From: Eledone cirrhosa | Taxonomy: Eukaryota | Reading direction: 5' to 3' | Assembly (NCBI GenBank): GCA_964016885.1 | Contig: OZ024745.1 | Coordinates: 10,354,001-10,418,000 of the forward strand | DNA length: 64,000 bases | Shown: positions 13,041 to 25,202 of the stretch, in pieces | Numbering within the stretch: position 1 is the stretch's first letter | How the letters are laid out: each line of letters opens with the position of its first letter | Notes under the pieces: generated by a model | Told to the model about the DNA's origin: nothing | Database searches by the model: none | The model's input: the letters and a program-made list of their open reading frames with translations, nothing else | Position numbers and translations under genes: made by a program

Positions 13041-13247
13041 AATTGTTTCTACTTTAGGCACAAGGCCAGCAATCACCCAGTGCATTACTGGTACTTTATT
13101 TTATCGACCCAGTAAGGATGAAAGGCAAAGTCAACCTCGGCGGGATTTGAACTCAGATCGTAAAGGGACGTAACTATGCTGGAAAGCATGGCGTCCGACC
13201 CTCTACCGAGACTGCCAATCCACCGCCCTCTACCGAGACTGCCAATC
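13041..13247 (-). mobile_element. SINE family A copy with 19-bp TSD and a duplicated 5' end
   Basis: ATCAACCACTTTACATAAT at 13025-13043 and 13245-13263. CCCTCTACCGAGACTGCCAATC is present twice. Confidence 0.9.
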
Positions 13248-14034
13248 AACCACTTTACATAATGTACTGTGTGTGTAATTCCTCCAAACTAGGGAGTTGT
13301 CATGTCTAGGGCTCAGCTGAACACTCCTCTAATTTGACTGGTAACTTCTATCTTTCAAAAATTAATATCTACATACATGCATGCTTGAATGAATATATAC
13401 ACACATATACACATACATATACACACATATACACCAGCTGAGATAATAAATCTCAGCAGCTGAAATATTCATTAGCTGTAAATTCATAAAACTTAAAACA
13501 TTACTGGTGTGAAGACAAACAAAATATCTTTACACAACAACTGCAACTAAATCAACATCACTAGTGTGACTCAATCTAAAACTAAGGAAACAAATTTTAT
13601 AATTTTGAAATAAATATTTAATAATTATTGTTAAATTAATTTAGTGACAAGTTTATAACTAATGATAGGTGTTAGAATAATAGTTGTTATCATAACAGGG
13701 GTAGTTTTATAACTAATGATAGGTGTGATCATAACAGGGGTAGTTTTATAACTAATGATAGGTGTTAGAATAATAGTTGTTATCATAACAGGGGTAGTTT
13801 TATAACTAATGATAGGTGTGATCATAACAGGGGTAGTTTTATAACTAATAGTAGTTGTGATCATAACAGAGGTAGTTTTATAACTAATGATAGGTGTGAT
13901 CATAACAGGGGTAGTTTTATAACTAATGATAGGTGTTAGAATAGTAGTTGTGATCATAACAGGGGTAGTTTTATAACTAATGATAGGTGTTAGAATAGTA
14001 GTTGTGATCATAACAGAGGTAGTTTTATAACTAA

Positions 14035-16747
14035 CTAGCAGTAAAGCCCGGCGTTGCTCGGGGTCGCTCAGTAGCTGTGTTAAAGTTACAATGTTAAGTT
14101 TCTTTTTTGGCTTAAAGTCTGTCTGCACGACTGTCTGTCTGCACGACTGTCTGTCTGCACGCCTAACGAAATTTACAGATACATATATTTTAAATAAACT
14201 TATATAATTTTTGCTTTTTTTTACGAAATATTAGCTTGTTTTACGTAGTCTTTAAATAGACTTGTTTTCAAATAAAAAATATTGTTTTAAAAGGCTTTTA
14301 AATGGAAATGAAGCAAAACGGAAGCTTAGTGTTCGAACTGATGAATTTTGCAGGTCAAAATTTTGCTGGCTCGACAACTGTTCGTGTATTGTGTTAATGT
14401 CATTTTAAACGCTGAGAAAGCCAGCGTAATTTTTTTAATTTTTGCACGCAGAAAATGTAAACAGAACGTAAGACGCTCAATGTAAACAGAACAAAGGGAA
14501 ATAACTCGTCACTTACGCTCAAAAATCGATACATTAGATTCGATTTCGTCACATAGGGTGGGTCAATTTGAAATTTTTTTTTTCCGATGTCTTCGCTAGG
14601 GCTCAATGTACAAGTATAGCAATTTCGGTGCAATTCCGTCAGAGATTCTAAGAGGAGATGTGTGCCAAAAATCGATAGACAGACAGACAACCACAGCTTT
14701 ATATATATAGATTACAAATTCGATTTTTCTAGATGAAATGCAGTTCGGGTTTGTGTCAGGCAAAAGTACCACAGACGCTCTTTTCATTGTACGACAACTA
14801 CAGGAGAAGTACCTAGCTAAAAGTAAACCCCTATACTTAGCTTTTGTCGACTTGGAGAAAGCCTTCGACAGAGTCCCCCGTTCCATTATCTGGTGGTCTC
14901 TTAGAAAACTAGGTGTTGACGAATGGCTTGTGAGAGCTATACAAGCCATGTATAAAGAAACAGTCAGTAAGGTTAGAATTAACAACGAATATAGTGAAGA
15001 GTTTAGCGTAAAAGTTGGTGTCCATCAGGGCTCTGTACTTAGCCCCCTACTATTTATTATTGCCCTTCAGGCTATAACAGAGGAGTTCAAGACCGGCTGC
15101 CCATGGGAACTCCTATACGCAGATGATCTAACGCTCATAGCTGAATCAATGACCGAACTAGAGAAGAAATTCCAAACGTGGAAGCACGGCCTAGAATCAA
15201 AAGGCCTTAAAATTAACCTGGCTAAGACTAAAGTTCTAGTTTGTAGGAAAGAAAATAAGGCGGCGGTCCCATCGGGGAAATGGCCATGCTCAGTGTGTAG
15301 GAAAGGCGTAGGTAGAAACTCCATTTTATGTCCCAAATGCAAAGTATGGGTGCATAAAAGATGTAGTGGGATCACAGGTAAGCTAACTAAGAACATAGAT
15401 TTTACATGTGGCCAGTGCTCTGGTGCAATAAGTAGCAGCAAGTGCCCACAAAATACTAGCTCCTTCAACTGCGCAGAGGGTTCTATAGAAATAGTGGACA
15501 GCTTACGTTATCTGGGTGACAAAATCAGCAGTGGGGGAGGGTGCTCTGAAAGTACAGTAGCTAGAGTCAGAACTGGATGGAAAAAGTTCAGAGAGCTTAT
15601 ACCACTATTAGCCGCTAGAGGGTTCTCCCTAAAAATGAAAGGCAGGTTATACGATGCCTGCATACGAACAGCAATGCTGCATGGCAGTGAGACCTGGGCA
15701 TTGTGTGCAGAGGATATACGCAGACTAGAGAGGAACGAAGCTTGCATGCTCCGCTGGATGTGCAATAGTAATATACGTGAACGGCAAAGCATAAACGAAC
15801 TAAGGAAAAAATTAGAAATAAGAGGGATCAGATGTTGTTTACTCGAGAGAAGGCTACGTTGGTACGGTCACGTGATGCGCATGAAAGACGACAGCTGTAT
15901 AACAAAGTGCAGGGCAATAAAGATAGACGGTAGCCACGGAGTAGGCAGACCCAGAAAAACATGGGACGAGCTGATAAATTCCGACCTCACACGCTTACAC
16001 CTCTCCAAGACAATGTCACTGGACCGAGACCTTTGGCGGTACTCAGTAATAGAGAAGACCCGCCTTACCTAAATACAAAGTAAAAACCTACTACAGTCAG
16101 TAGGCACCTCTATCAAAACACACCCCCGTCCCACCACCTCCACCCCACCCACACCGCCCCTTTCAATGTAAAGTTATGTTGGTCCCACAACATCCAGGCC
16201 GAAACAAATGAGATCGTGTAGGTGTCACGACAAAAAACACACAGTCCACGCTGTAAATGTGGCCGTGTAGGCAACACGGTAAAAACCTCCCAGACCCACA
16301 CTGTAAATGTGGTTGGTGTTAGGAAGGGCATCCAGCTGTAGAAAACCCGCCAGACAGTCCACGCTGTAATGTGGCCGTGTAGGCAACACGGTAAAAGCCT
16401 CCCAGCCCCACACTGTAAATGTGGTTGGTGTTAGGAAGGGCATCCAACTGTAGAAAACCCGCCAGACAGTCCTATGCGAGCAAGACAACCACTCTTGCCT
16501 CAAGTGGGAAAACCCCCGTCCAAACCCATGCAAGCGTGGAACACGGACGCTAAACCTGATGATGATGATGATGATGATGATGACACTTGGCGTGGGTCGA
16601 TTTGAAAATTTATTTGACCGATGGTTCCGCCGGACCTTCATCTATAAGTGTAGCAATTTCACCGAAATTTGAACGTACGGTTTAAGAGGAGATGTGTGCC
16701 GAAGGTTTTAGTAGACAGACAGACAACCTCAGTTTTATATATATAGA
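14035..16747 (-). mobile_element. Non-autonomous Helitron with two stacked 5' modules, interrupted by an RTE LINE
   Basis: Minus strand: 5' TCTATATATATAAAACTGAGGTTGTCTGTCTG at 16747, a second TCTATATATATAAAGCTG at ~14711, and a 3' hairpin CCCGAGCAACGCCGGG then CTAG at 14035. Inserted between A and T with no TSD. Confidence 0.85.
14729..16583 (+). mobile_element. 5'-truncated RTE LINE with an intact 444-aa RT frame, a 3'UTR duplication and a (GAT)n tail
   Basis: ORF 14738-16072 has QFGF, FVDLEKAFDRV, QGSVLSPLLF, YADD, YLG and RWYGHV. ~113-bp tandem duplication at 16241-16465. Tail at 16557-16583. Confidence 0.95.
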
Positions 16748-18019
16748 TGATAGGTGTTAGAATAATAGTTGTGATCATAACAGAGGTAGATTTATAACTA
16801 ATGATAGGTGTTAGAATAATAGTTGTGATCATAACAGAGGTAGATTTATAACTAATGATAGGTGTTAGAATAATAGTTGTGATCATAACAGGGGTAGTTT
16901 TATAACTAATAGTAGTTGTGATCATAACAGGGGTAGTTTTATAACTAATGATAGGTGTGATCATAACAGGGGTAGTTTTATAACTAATAGTAGTTGTGAT
17001 CATAACAGGGGTAGTTTTATAACTAATGATAGGTGTGATCATAACAGGGGTAGTTTTATAACTAATGATAGGTGTGATCATAACAGGGGTAGTTTTATAA
17101 CTAATAGTAGTTGTGATCATAACAGGGGTAGTTTTATAACTAATGATAGGTGTGATCATAACAGGGGTAGTTTTATAACTAATGATAGGTGTGATCATAA
17201 CAGGGGTAGTTTTATAACTAATGATAGGTGTGATCATAACAGGGGTAGTTTTATAACTAATAGTAGTTGTGATCATAACAGGGGTAGTTTTATAACTAAT
17301 GATAGGTGTGATCATAACAGGGGTAGTTTTATAACTAATGATAGGTGTGATCATAACAGGGGTAGTTTTATAACTAATGATAGGTGTGATCATAACAGAG
17401 GTAGATTTATAACTAATGATAGGTGTTAGAATAATAGTTGTGATCATAACAGGGGTAGTTTTATAACTAATGATAGGTGTTAGAATAATAGTTGTGATCA
17501 TAACAGAGGTAGATTTATAACTAATGATAGGTGTTAGAATAATAGTTGTGATCATAACAGGGGTAGTTTTATAACTAATGATAGGTGTTAGAATAATAGT
17601 TGTGATCATAACAGGGGTAGTTTTATAACTAATAGTAGTTGTGATCATAACAGGGGTAGTTTTATAACTAATGATAGGTGTGATCATAACAGGGGTAGTT
17701 TTATAACTAATGATAGGTGTTAGAATAATAGTTGTGATCATAACAGGGGTAGTTTTATAACTAATGATAGGTGTTAGAATAATAGTTGTGATCATAACAG
17801 AGGTAGATTTATAACTAATGATAGGTGTTAGAATAATAGTTGTGATCATAACAGGGGTAGTTTTATAACTAATGATAGGTGTTAGAATAATAGTTGTGAT
17901 CATAACAGAGGTAGATTTATAACTAATGATAGGTGTTAGAATAATAGTTGTGATCATAACAGGGGTAGTTTTATAACTAATAGTAGTTGTGATCATGACA
18001 GAGGTAGTTTTATAACCAA

Positions 18020-18645
18020 CTAGCAGTGGTACCTGGCATTGCACGGGATAAGGTATTTTGGAACGCGGGCCACCAACAGACCTAATCGTGGAAAAACTGC
18101 ATGCCTGGACAATATATAAAGAAAATAAACCGAATACTCTGATGGCTGGATAATCTTTAAGATTTTCCTCGATGAAGCAGGAAAAATGCCGGTTTTCACC
18201 TAATACGGGCCCTAGGGGATGAAAAAGTTGAATTTTCTTATGTGCATAACACTCCCTGAAACATAAGTAATACACATGTAAAGTTTGAAAAAAATCGGTT
18301 GGGTACTTCGAGATTTAGGGATTCAAACTCACACACACAAACAGACAGACATCCCCAGGGAAGTGACGTAATGCAGACAGTCAGACATACAGACAGATTA
18401 TAAGGGCACAACGTTATATGTATGTATCTATCTAAAAAGAGAGAGACTAAGAATTATAGAGAGAGAGATCGCTAAATCTCCTAATGTGGTCCCTAGGGCA
18501 TTGAAAATTTGAAATTCTTTTTGCTCAGAACACTCCCTGAAACATAAGTAAACGTGTAAAGTTTGAAAACAGTCGGTTGGGTGGTTCTCGAGTTTTAGGG
18601 ATTCAAACTCACACACACAGACATCCTCAGTTTTATATATAGAGA
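18020..18645 (-). mobile_element. Non-autonomous Helitron (same family as 50949-51861)
   Basis: 5' TCTCTATATATAAAACTGAGGATGT and 3' CCCGTGCAATGCCAGGTACCACTGCTAG followed by T. A|T insertion. Confidence 0.85.
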
Positions 18646-18757
18646 TTATAGGTGTTAGAATAATAGTTGTGATCATAACAGAGGTATTACGGCATAGGAC
18701 ATTGTTTATGGACAAAATATTTTGGTTTCTTCAAATTTTGATAAAGTTATGGCTGTG

Positions 18758-18930
18758 GAAGAGAGAGAGGGGGAGATCTGGGCTGGGGAGAGAGAGAGAA
18801 AGCGATCAGGGTGGGTAGAGAGAGAGATCGGGGTGGAGAGAGAGAGAGAGAGAGGTGGAGAGAGAGAGAGAGAGAGAGGTGGAGAGAGAGAGAGAGATCG
18901 GGGTGGAGAGAGAGAGCAATAGAGAGGGGT
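18758..18930. repeat. Compound (AG)n / GGGGTGGAGAG simple repeat
   Basis: Visible directly. It explains the low-complexity ORFs at 18706-19012. Confidence 0.9.
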
Positions 18931-21158
18931 GGGGGTTAAATAGGCAACACCATTCACAGAATGTTAATTTCTGGTATGAATGAAGCCATTTTAAAACATA
19001 GCCCTCCCCCACTTTTTTTTTTTTTTTTGCTTTCTTTTTCAGCCTAACATTTGTGTTCTATGAATTCTAAATAAAAATGGTAGAATGTTTTTGATAGAGT
19101 GTAGTGTTTGTGTGACAGACTGATAGAGTTATACAGTTATTATACTACAAATAATTGAACAAAAGACGATGTGAGAGAGTCATCTAATCCATTCCAGACA
19201 GAGAGAGACAATTTGTATTAAAAAATTAACCAAATACACTCATATAAACACAAACTCTTACACAACAAATTAATGTGTATCACTAAATAAAAACAGGTAT
19301 TCGTTTCTAAATTTTCAATTAAGGACTGAAACTAATCAGATATTTAAAAACAGCTTTTGAAAATAAAGTTTTTTTAGTTATCAAAATAACAGAGACATCT
19401 AAGGAAACTCCCCCACCACCATTTCTTGCCCCACCCTCACCCTTCAACTGATTATAGACAACATTATTACAACTACTACAATCATATGTGTCTACAAAGT
19501 ATATTATCCTTAAGTATTTCTTGTAAGTGATGCTGCTTGCAGCTGCCTCACCATAAACTCTCTGCATTATTTAAAACAACTGCTGTATTTCTATTTTAAT
19601 ATTGGTTCCACCCTAAATAAGTAAACCTTTAAGAGAAAGTCTCAGCGACAATTATAAAATTACGTTACTGAATTATTCAAACTTTCCCCCATTGAAGGAT
19701 GACACTTTTGAGGAGGTATTAAATCTTAAACATAACCAGTAGCTGAAAATAATGAAATAATTGTTTCTACTTTTGGCACAAGGCCAACAATTACCCAGTA
19801 CATTACTGGCACTTTATTTTATCGACCCCGTAAGGATGAATGGCAAAGTTAACCTCAGCAGGATTTGAACTCAGATCATATGAAATAATAATAACTACCA
19901 CCTCTCTGTCAAAGAAAAAGGGGAAGAAAGAAAGGAAGAAAGAAGTCAGCGTAAGAGTCACACTACATTCATGCTAGAAAATGCCGCGAAAAATGCTACT
20001 CCAAAGAATCTATATTTAACAAAGGCATATATAATTGTTTCTACTTTTGGCACAGGCCAGCAATTACCCAGTGTATAACTGGTACTTTATTTTATCGACC
20101 CTGTAAGGATGAAAGGCAAAGTTAACCTCAGCGGGATTTGAACTCAGATCATATGAAATAATGAAACCCAGTAAACTTGACACCAACAGTAAACAATACA
20201 TCCTAATAAAAAAAATATAAAAAAATAGGCATGGCTTTTGACTCTCTCCACCCTCAGTTCCTCTCCCCCTGTTTCTATATATCAGTCTCTCTATCAGAAG
20301 CTACTGCAAAAATAGAAATAGTTACTCAAGAGCAAGCCTAAAAATAAAATAGGTGATGAAAGGGAAGGCAAGAGAATGATAAGAAAATCAAAGATAAAAA
20401 GGAAAAAGTTTTTAAAATGTATATAAAAACAAATTTTAGTTGCTGCTGCTGCTGTTGTTTTAAGTATTTTAAAAAATGCATACAAAAATAATTCCATATA
20501 TAATTGACCTGCTTAAGGTGTTGAAATAAGAAGGAAAAAAGTAAATATAGAAAAGGAGAAAATCTTTCTGAGCTGGGCCATGATATAAGGATTAGGAACT
20601 ACCATATACTCAAAGACTAGACAGGTATAACTAGTAATACAAAGATAAGTGACTTAGGTGTTATAGAGAAAAGGTTGAATAGATTGAAATAAAACTTAAA
20701 ACCCTCCTAAGAACATTGCAGCTTTTATTCTTATCTTATTTTTATGTTAGCTTAAAATAAACATGAAGATTATTTTACATTTCATTTGCTAGCAAAGTTT
20801 TATTTTTCTAACATTAACCCCCCAACCCACCTGCCATGCACACCCCTGCTCCCTTCAACATATGTATATAGTGTAGACTAGATTTTAAAGCTGTCATGTG
20901 CACTTCAATGCACAGTCAGCGAATGCATGCATACAAGCACTATTTGCAGCACAAATGTTTGACAAAGCGATCAATATAATCAATAAGCTTAATTTTCAAT
21001 ATTTAGAATTCCAGTTTGCCTGAAATTAAAAATTCAACTTAAAGTAGTCAATAAAACCTCCAATACAGAAAGTTAAAACTACAATTACAAAACAAACTTT
21101 TCATTTGCTAAAATAAATAAAATAAATAATTTTTTTTTAAAACAAACTAAAGTTAAGT

Positions 21159-21220
21159 AAACCGTCCAAGACAGTAAAATGTCCAATTTGAAACTGAAAC
21201 TCTATTGTCTTGGATGATCC
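21159..21220 (-). ncRNA. Candidate intronic pre-miRNA-like hairpin
   Basis: Minus strand CAUCCAAGACAAUAGAGUUUCAGU-UUCAA-AUUGGACAUUUUACUGUCUUGGACG pairs over ~24 positions using G-U wobbles that work only on this strand. It lies in a TE-poor segment. Confidence 0.35.
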
Positions 21221-23809
21221 TGTAGACAACGAGAACAGTCTAGAAATATACAAAAATAATTACAGCTAAGTATTTAATTAAGATAACATCATGTCTGTAG
21301 AAATAAGACAACAAAAACATTTAAAAAACACAAAAACAAAATAAATCAAATGTCGGATCAATAGATGAATGTTCAATTTATTTTCTATCAATAACAATAA
21401 ATAAATGTTCAACAATAATTAAAAGTTATGTAAAATAAAAACAACAGAAAACAACAACAAATGTGCATATATAGTATATAATAACGTGTATACTACCATG
21501 TAAAATAGATTGTGTATATATATACATCAAGGTGTGTATATATACCTTGATTATATAGGTGTATTTACTGTAAAATAAACAATACAAATAAATGTAAAAG
21601 CAAAATAAAGTGCGTGGGGGGGGGTCTGTGTGTGTGTGTGTGTGTGTGCGCGTGTGCGCGTGTGTGTCTGTGTGTGTGTCTGTGAAGCTATAATAAAGAC
21701 AGGCAATGACACTTTTTCTGAAGATTAAAAAGTCATTTGTTCAGATCAGAAAAACCTCTATTTTGAATTTAATTTATAAAAAGTCAAAATAAACATAGAA
21801 AGGAATTAAGAAAAAGTGAAACCGTTTTTGAAAACAAAACTTACTATTAAAATTAATGAAATCTGTGTGTAAAATCCTATCTGCTAGCAAGTCATTTTGA
21901 AGCATTTGTGCTGGAGGCCCATCTGACAGAGATGTTAGAGAATGTGGTTTGTAGTCTGACTGTTTCCCTGTGTATAAAGCTGCTTGTTGATTTGCACTTA
22001 AAAAGGTATCCTATTACAAAAGGACAGTAAAGATAAGTAATATACTATGATGGTACATATGGCAACCCCACCCACCTCACTACCCTCCTCCACACTAACA
22101 CACCACCACCACCACCCCTAACATACATCTCTTGGAGCTGATTCCAGAGCCCTCTGTAAAAATAACTGTCTAAGACATCCGTCAACATAAATACTCACAC
22201 ACATTCACCACAAAGTGGTCTGTTATGTAAATTTCTTCTTTAACAACAATAACAATACTAACAAGCAAACAGAAGTATGTTCAGGTATGCAACAGAAACC
22301 AAAAATAAGAGAGAGAAAAGAAAAGGAACGTGATTTTAGTAGGGAAAAGTAAAAAAGTGAGGCTATATAGATGCAACAGCAACAGTGTTGGTGGAACCTT
22401 TCTCTGCAACAGTACTTACAGCAATTGACAACACAACAGTTAAAATAGTTTCGCTATTTTCTTGCTTGTTGCTTTTGGGGTTTTTTTTTTTTAAAGTTTA
22501 CAAGGTATTCTTTGGTTTAGCTTTACATTCAAATAAAAGCTAAGTAGGATAATATTATTATTATCATATATTAATAATATCTAAGAAGAGAAAGGTGAGA
22601 AACAGGGGTAGAAAGAAACTCCCAACACACACACCTTGCCATCATCCTCATAATCTTTCTCTCTCTTCTCCCTCCTCCTCCCTCCTTTATTCTTTTTATA
22701 GAAGCATGCCTAGGAGATCTACTACAGGCAGGGCAACATTATAATCTATTCCTAATGTTTTTAGTGATGAGGTACAAGAAATTACTTTCACTCAGCTACA
22801 CAGCTCTTAGTCTATGTTCTTATGTAGGACCCCCAGACCTGCTGGTATTTTGGTACTCTGCCTGCATCTCTCTCTCACCTTAACACATACACGGTGTCAA
22901 GAGACACCTTTCTTCATTGATAAAAATAAAAATACTAATAATAAATATGGTGGGGGTATGAAAACAACAGCAGCAGCACTGGTGATGATTCAACTTAGAT
23001 TAACAGAAAAAAGAAATTAGTAAGCCTTAAGGCTGGCAACATTACATTTTGGTATGTTATATTGAGGGTGGGGAATACATCTAGGGCAGAGAAGGGGGTC
23101 CTTGGTAGATTAAATTTAACAAAAATGTATTTTCAAATTTTATTTTTTTTATTTTACTGTTTGTTTTACAACTTTATATACATTTTCCTGGCTTATTGCA
23201 AATTTGAAACCTGGTTTCATACCTTTTTAGATACCTTTTCTAATACTCAGTAACCACTGAAACATGACTAGAAATGGCACCTGTGTTAGGCCAAGTACAC
23301 TGAGGCAAGTTGAGCAATGAAGTTTGCTCAAAATCAGACGAACTGAGTAACAACTCATAGTCAGTAGTCCAATATGTTAACCTTATAATCACTTACATTG
23401 TTAAATAAATATATTATATTACACATACACACACATATATAAAATGAAAGTTTAAGTTTATTTTTCATGCTTCAACTATGTCTTGTCCATACATTCCATT
23501 TTTGCATGGTCTCTATAGCTGGATGCCCTTCCTAACACCAACCACTTTACAGTGTGTGGGCTGAGGACTTTTATCCATGGTACCACCACCACCACTTCAC
23601 AGTGTGCGCTGGTGCATTTTATTGTGGCATCAGCAATATATATATTTATATATATATTTTTATATATATATAAATATATATGCATGATCCTGTAACTCCT
23701 GAGGGGAGTTATGGGCGCACCATATTGACACACAGTAATTCTAGAGCATTTTAAAACTTCACAGGGCCCGTCTCCTTTATATATATATATATATATACAT
23801 ATATATATC

Positions 23810-23970
23810 AGGTTTCTGCACAATTTCCATCTACCACATTCTATTCACAGGACACAGGTCAACCCAAGGCAATGGTATAAAACCCATGCCCAGCATGCTG
23901 TGCAATGAGAGTATATCTGGAAGCATGTGATTGTGAAGCAAACTTCTCACCAGACAGCCAGGCATGCACT
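23810..23970 (-). mobile_element. Degenerate SINE family C copy
   Basis: Antisense similarity to 28165-28340 (TTTCCATCTACCACATTC...CACAGG...GTCAACCCAAGGC). Confidence 0.55.
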
Positions 23971-25202
23971 CATAGTTTGGGGAAGAAGTTAAAACCTTTT
24001 GTGAATGGTACCGGAAGTGTCTTTTTCATATTCTTCACTCAACCATCCATTACAGTTTGAACACATTCCATCTGACCCTATGCAACTCTTTCGTTAATAG
24101 TTGCTATAAATCTGCCAGGTTTCATTGTCATATCTAGGAAAGGTGGGAGGTGACATCACAAACACCTCTTTTTTATCATTAGCTGTTGCCCAACTCGAGT
24201 TGTTAGGACATTGGATAGAATCATCATCATCATCCATCATTTTTACGTCCATTTTTCTATGCTTGCATGGGTTGCTTTGCAGTATTTATTTCAGCTCTGT
24301 ATGATCTAAGTTTAAATTTCACCAAGGTCAACTTTGCCTTAGTCCTTTCAAGGCCAATAAAAAAAAGTACCAGTCAAATACTGGAGTTGCCTCTACCTCT
24401 CTTGCCCAATTCCTCTCACTCACTCTCCTTCACTGAAAGAAATTGGCTGTATATGCCCAAGAAATGCAGCATGTCACTACAACACCCTTATAACTCCACT
24501 AACAGTTACAGGTCCATAAATACACTAACTTAAGGTGACTACCACTTATATCCTAAACTTCAGTAATTAGTAGTTACAGTATTTGTCTCTGGAGAGATAG
24601 AATTTTAAGTAGTCATGTCTAATCATAATTTAATATTAAACTTTGAACACATGCAACAATCTACAGTTTTTGTGCAGAAAGGAAATCTCTATTGTCACTG
24701 GTATAGGAAGAGGTTCATTAACTCATTTGGTACCAAACAGCCTAAAACTTGACCCCTAGTTCTATGGAAAAAAAGTGTGCCACTGGTTCTATTATACAAA
24801 ACTAGCCCCCTCATTTTATGATACAAAACTAGCTCAGGTTCTATGATATAACACTGCCCCCCCCCCCCCCCCCCCCCCCCCGGTTCTATCATACAAAAGA
24901 GTGTATATACAAACATTTCCCATTATAATTTACGAATCTTTATGTTCCAAACATCAACATCACTGAAAGATAGTGACTTTACATCCTCTAAATTCTTCAT
25001 TACTTTCAAAATTACTTGAAAATCAGTGTATTTTGATATTCTGAGTTCAAACCTCACAGATGTCAACGTTGTCTTTTATCTTTCCACAGTCAATAAAACA
25101 AAGTACCAATCATGTACAGGGGTTCATTTAATCAATATTATCATTCCCCAGAATTTTCTGGCCTTGTACCTAAATTAGCCGACAATCTAACCACCACCTC
25201 TC

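Larger units (their letters stand above)
13655..18687. repeat. 54/39-bp variant minisatellite (ATAACTAATGATAGGTGTTAGAATAATAGTTGTGATCATAACAGGGGTAGTTTT), interrupted by two Helitrons
   Basis: Array blocks at 13655-14034, 16748-18019 and 18646-18687. It produces the spurious ISYKTTPVMIT ORFs. Confidence 0.95.

Noticed and set aside
16659-18275. 538-aa Thr/Ile-rich ORF (and 13631-14128) resembling a mucin or surface protein
   Set aside because: It is the reading of a 54/39-bp minisatellite fused to Helitron sequence. Unit lengths divisible by 3 keep the frame open, and there is no splice or domain support.
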